DNA of 19,046 nt from Nitrososphaerota archaeon (lineage in GTDB: Archaea; Thermoproteota; Nitrososphaeria; Nitrososphaerales; UBA57): positions 1 through 19,046 of the forward strand of contig JACAFS010000017.1 of assembly GCA_013378385.1 (NCBI GenBank), read 5' to 3'. The position numbers and the translations under genes were made by a program. A model generated the notes under the pieces. The model did no database searches, was not told where the DNA came from, and saw only the letters and a list, made by a program, of their open reading frames with translations. Below, piece by piece: positions 16,235 to 19,046 of this stretch. Every line of letters starts with the position of its first letter. Position 1 is the stretch's first letter.

Positions 16235-17545
16235 TTAAAGAGCATTAGATCCCTTAAGAGAATCCAATATCAGATTAATTGATGAGACTTTATTATTCTT
16301 CATAGAGCTGCGAATAATTTCACGCATAAGTTGTTGAGAGTTTCCGTCAATATTATAGAGATTCTCAAAGATATTACAAATCAACCTAGGATAATCAGAA
16401 TAAAGTCGTTTATTTTCCATATACTTAGGTCCTTTTTTGAATTTTTTGATATCAGTAAGTACGTTATATTTGTAAAGTAATTTTTCATAATTAGATAAGG
16501 ATGAATTTGAGAAATCATTGATTTTTTGAGATGTCATAAAGGTTTCTGCGGCAGCTATTCCAGAGGATATGGCAAGATCAACGCCACGAAATGTATACCC
16601 GTTATTGAGCAACATGCCTGCAGCATCTCCGCACACCAATATTCCATCTCCATATAATTTAGGTAGCATATTATAACCTGCTTCCGGAACTAAATGCGCG
16701 CTATATTCTGCTACTTTACCATCTTTTACTATACAAGAAATATCAGGATGATTTTTGAAATTATTGATGAGCGAGGAGACTTGAGTTTTATTGTCAACAA
16801 GATCAATGCCTTTAACAACTAAACCAATTGAAATAGAAGATTTATTTGTATAAATGAATGCACCGCCACGTAGATAGTTAGTTGGAAAACCTACACAAAC
16901 TAATGCAGCGCCTTTATCATTGTTAATGCAGAATCGATCATTAATTACATCTTCAGGGAGTTCTATGACTTCCTTAACTCCAACAGAAAAATGTTCAGAT
17001 TGGAACTGATTTCTAAGTCCTGCTTTTTTAGCAATAATAGATGTAGCGCCATCGGCAGCAATAACTAATTTTGAAGTGATTTCGTCAGATCCACTCTTTA
17101 TTCCGATAATTGATTTATTTTCGTCGACAATAACATCGTCAACTTTGATTTCAGGAAATAATTCTGCACCGACGTCGACTGCTTTATTTGCAAACCAACT
17201 ATCAAATTTAGAACGAAAGGCAGTAAACCCATGATTAACTGATTCGTCAGAAGAGAAATTAGTTTGGAAACTAGACTTTTCTGTCATAAACATAATACTT
17301 TCTTTTGTAACGTTTCGTTCAATGGGAGCGTCTTCTGCAAAATTAGGAATTAATTGGGAAAGAGAATAAGGGTATATTCTGCCTCCATATACATTCTTAG
17401 AGCCTGGTTCCTTTCCGCGTTCTAGCATCAAGACATGATGTCCATTTTTTGCTAGGCTATATGCAGCTGCTGAACCTGCAGGCCCTGCGCCAACTATAAT
17501 CACATCATAATCGGTTGACATTACTTCAAAACTCGAATTTGGCAA
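16235..17545 (-). CDS. fixC: FixC-like ETF:quinone oxidoreductase flavoprotein
   Basis: 436 aa; DYDVIIVGAGPAGSAAAYSLAKNGHHVLMLERG, GSKNVYGGRIYP, LVCGDAAGMLLNNG. The likely ATG start is at 17521 (MSTDYDVI). Confidence 0.9.
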   Translation of the reverse strand: MPNSSFEVMSTDYDVIIVGAGPAGSAAAYSLAKNGHHVLMLERGKEPGSKNVYGGRIYPYSLSQLIPNFAEDAPIERNVTKESIMFMTEKSSFQTNFSSDESVNHGFTAFRSKFDSWFANKAVDVGAELFPEIKVDDVIVDENKSIIGIKSGSDEITSKLVIAADGATSIIAKKAGLRNQFQSEHFSVGVKEVIELPEDVINDRFCINNDKGAALVCVGFPTNYLRGGAFIYTNKSSISIGLVVKGIDLVDNKTQVSSLINNFKNHPDISCIVKDGKVAEYSAHLVPEAGYNMLPKLYGDGILVCGDAAGMLLNNGYTFRGVDLAISSGIAAAETFMTSQKINDFSNSSLSNYEKLLYKYNVLTDIKKFKKGPKYMENKRLYSDYPRLICNIFENLYNIDGNSQQLMREIIRSSMKNNKVSSINLILDSLKGSNAL

Positions 17546-17623
17546 ATATTAAGATTGTCTTAGTCTGATAAATTTTTGACATGGATTTTATAAGCAACCA
17601 CATGGTTGATAGTCGTGAATATT

Positions 17624-19046
17624 AGTGAGTACAAAGTTAGTTTTCAATGACATTGAAATTGATAAAGAATTAATTGCGATATTAAGCAAAGAAGGAATAG
17701 AAGAGCCAACGGAAATCCAGGAAAAGGCAATACCCTTACTCCTAGATGGAGAAGATGTAATAGCCCAGTCAAATACTGGAACAGGAAAGACATTAGCATT
17801 TGGGATTCCAATAGTCCAGACGATAAAGGATGAAACGAGGGATATAGAAGCATTAGTATTGGTACCAACACGAGAATTATCAGCGCAGGTAAGCAAGGAG
17901 ATAAAGAAAATTTCAAGATATAAGAGATTAAGAATGACAAAAGTATGTGGTGGAGAATCGCCAAATATTCAGAAAGCTTCCATAAGAAGAAATCCAAGTG
18001 TAGTAGTTGCCACACCTGGAAGATTAATAGATTTTATTGAAAGAGGAGTAGTAAATCTTGATTGGGTTAAATTTTTGGTAATAGATGAAGCAGATACAAT
18101 GTTAGAAATGGGATTTATTGAAGATATAGAATTCATAATAAGATCAATAGAAAATAAACATCAGACAGCGTTATTTTCAGCTACATTTCCTCCACCAATT
18201 GTTCAATTAGCAAAAAAATATCAAACGCAAGCCAAAAGAATTATGATACATGAAGATAATAAGATTTCAGAGGAAAAATTAGAGCAATATTATCTATGTG
18301 TAAATAGCGAGAGGAATAAACAAGATTTATTGATTGAATTAATAGAAGACATAAAACCAGAAAAAGGAATAATATTCTGTAGAACAAAATCAGACACGAA
18401 CAGAATCCATAAAGTATTAAGAGGGTTAGAAATTAAAGCAGTAGTAATAAATGGAGACATGAGTCAATCGCAAAGAGATAGATCTATGAGGAATTTCATG
18501 GATAAAAGAACACAAATAATAGTTGCGACAGATTTGCTCAGTAGAGGAATACATGTTGAAAATGTAGATTATATTATAAATTATAATGTGCCAAAAAATA
18601 GAGATTCGTATTTTCACAGGATTGGAAGAACTGCAAGGATAGGAAATAAGGGAAAGGCAATAACAATAGTTGCAGGCAGGGAAACACGAGATTTTGTAGA
18701 ACTGAAAAGAGAGATTAAAAGTAAAGTCAGTAGTTTCAAAGGTAAGCAGATTTATAGATATGAAATTCCATTAGATGAAGGAAGTTTTGCTAGATCAGGA
18801 GGACGAAGAAATGGAAGAGGGGGCTCTCCAAGATATGGTAGAGGAGGTCAGAATAGAGATTCGTCAGGGGGTAGACGTTACGGAGGAAACCGTTCTGGAG
18901 GATATGGTGGCCGTTCTGGAGGATATGGTGGCCGTTCTGGAGGATATGGTAACCGTTCTGGAGGAGACAACAATCGTTCTGGAGGATATGGTAACCGTTC
19001 TGGAGGAGACAACAATCGTTCTGGAGGATATGGTAACCGTTCTGGA
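17624..19046 (+). CDS. DEAD-box RNA helicase with Gly/Arg/Tyr-rich repeat tail (truncated by window edge)
   Basis: Open frame from GTG 17624 (preceded in frame by TGA), my translation: AQSNTGTGKT, PTRELSAQV, TPGRLIDF, VIDEADTML, SATFPP, RGIHVENVDYIINYNVP, HRIGRTARIG. Not in the track, presumably because no stop codon occurs before the window end. Confidence 0.95.
18891..19046 (+). repeat. In-frame 21-bp tandem repeat (7 full units plus 9 nt)
   Basis: Units CGTTCTGGAGGATATGGTGGC x2, then CGTTCTGGAGGATATGGTAAC alternating with CGTTCTGGAGGAGACAACAAT. Encodes RSGGYGG/RSGGYGN/RSGGDNN and continues off the window. Confidence 0.97.

Noticed and set aside
17588-18617. Minus-strand ORFs 17588..17896, 17644..18015 and 18426..18617
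   Set aside because: Antisense to the DEAD-box helicase reading frame, which shows all the conserved helicase motifs on the plus strand.
18891-19046. Regular repeats as a CRISPR array
   Set aside because: Units are contiguous with no unique spacers, are only 21 bp and keep a coding frame, so this is a protein repeat tail.
1-19046. Mobile element, prophage or defence island
   Set aside because: No transposase, integrase, terminal repeats or nuclease modules were recognised; the content is housekeeping and respiratory genes.

Overview
This is a low-GC archaeal window. The EF-1A protein looks thaumarchaeal, so I infer a non-ammonia-oxidising, heterotrophic thaumarchaeal relative. Contents from left to right: (i) EF-1A on the minus strand, initiated at TTG; (ii) a tRNA-Tyr(GUA) gene, absent from the ORF track, that I can reduce to a perfect 74-nt cloverleaf plus encoded CCA only by removing FOUR separate insertions of 13, 45, 19 and 21 nt, each flanked by a bulge-helix-bulge-like splice motif; (iii) a pterin carbinolamine dehydratase, a small ORF and an SRPBCC protein; (iv) a haem-copper oxidase locus containing ctaB, an unannotated 56-aa ORF, a DUF1404/CtaG-like membrane protein, a half-length CtaA, an A2-type CoxA with a YSHPAVY motif, a one-TM CoxB, two small membrane ORFs and a divergent CoxC; (v) small membrane proteins, including a SpoIIM-like one; (vi) two phosphohexomutases overlapping tail to tail; (vii) EtfB-EtfA with a convergent FixC-like flavoprotein; (viii) a DEAD-box helicase running off the right edge, with a C-terminal tail built from 21-bp (7-aa) RSGGYGN/RSGGDNN repeats. 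The strongest unusual finding is the four-intron tRNA-Tyr. No CRISPR array, transposon or defence system was recognised.
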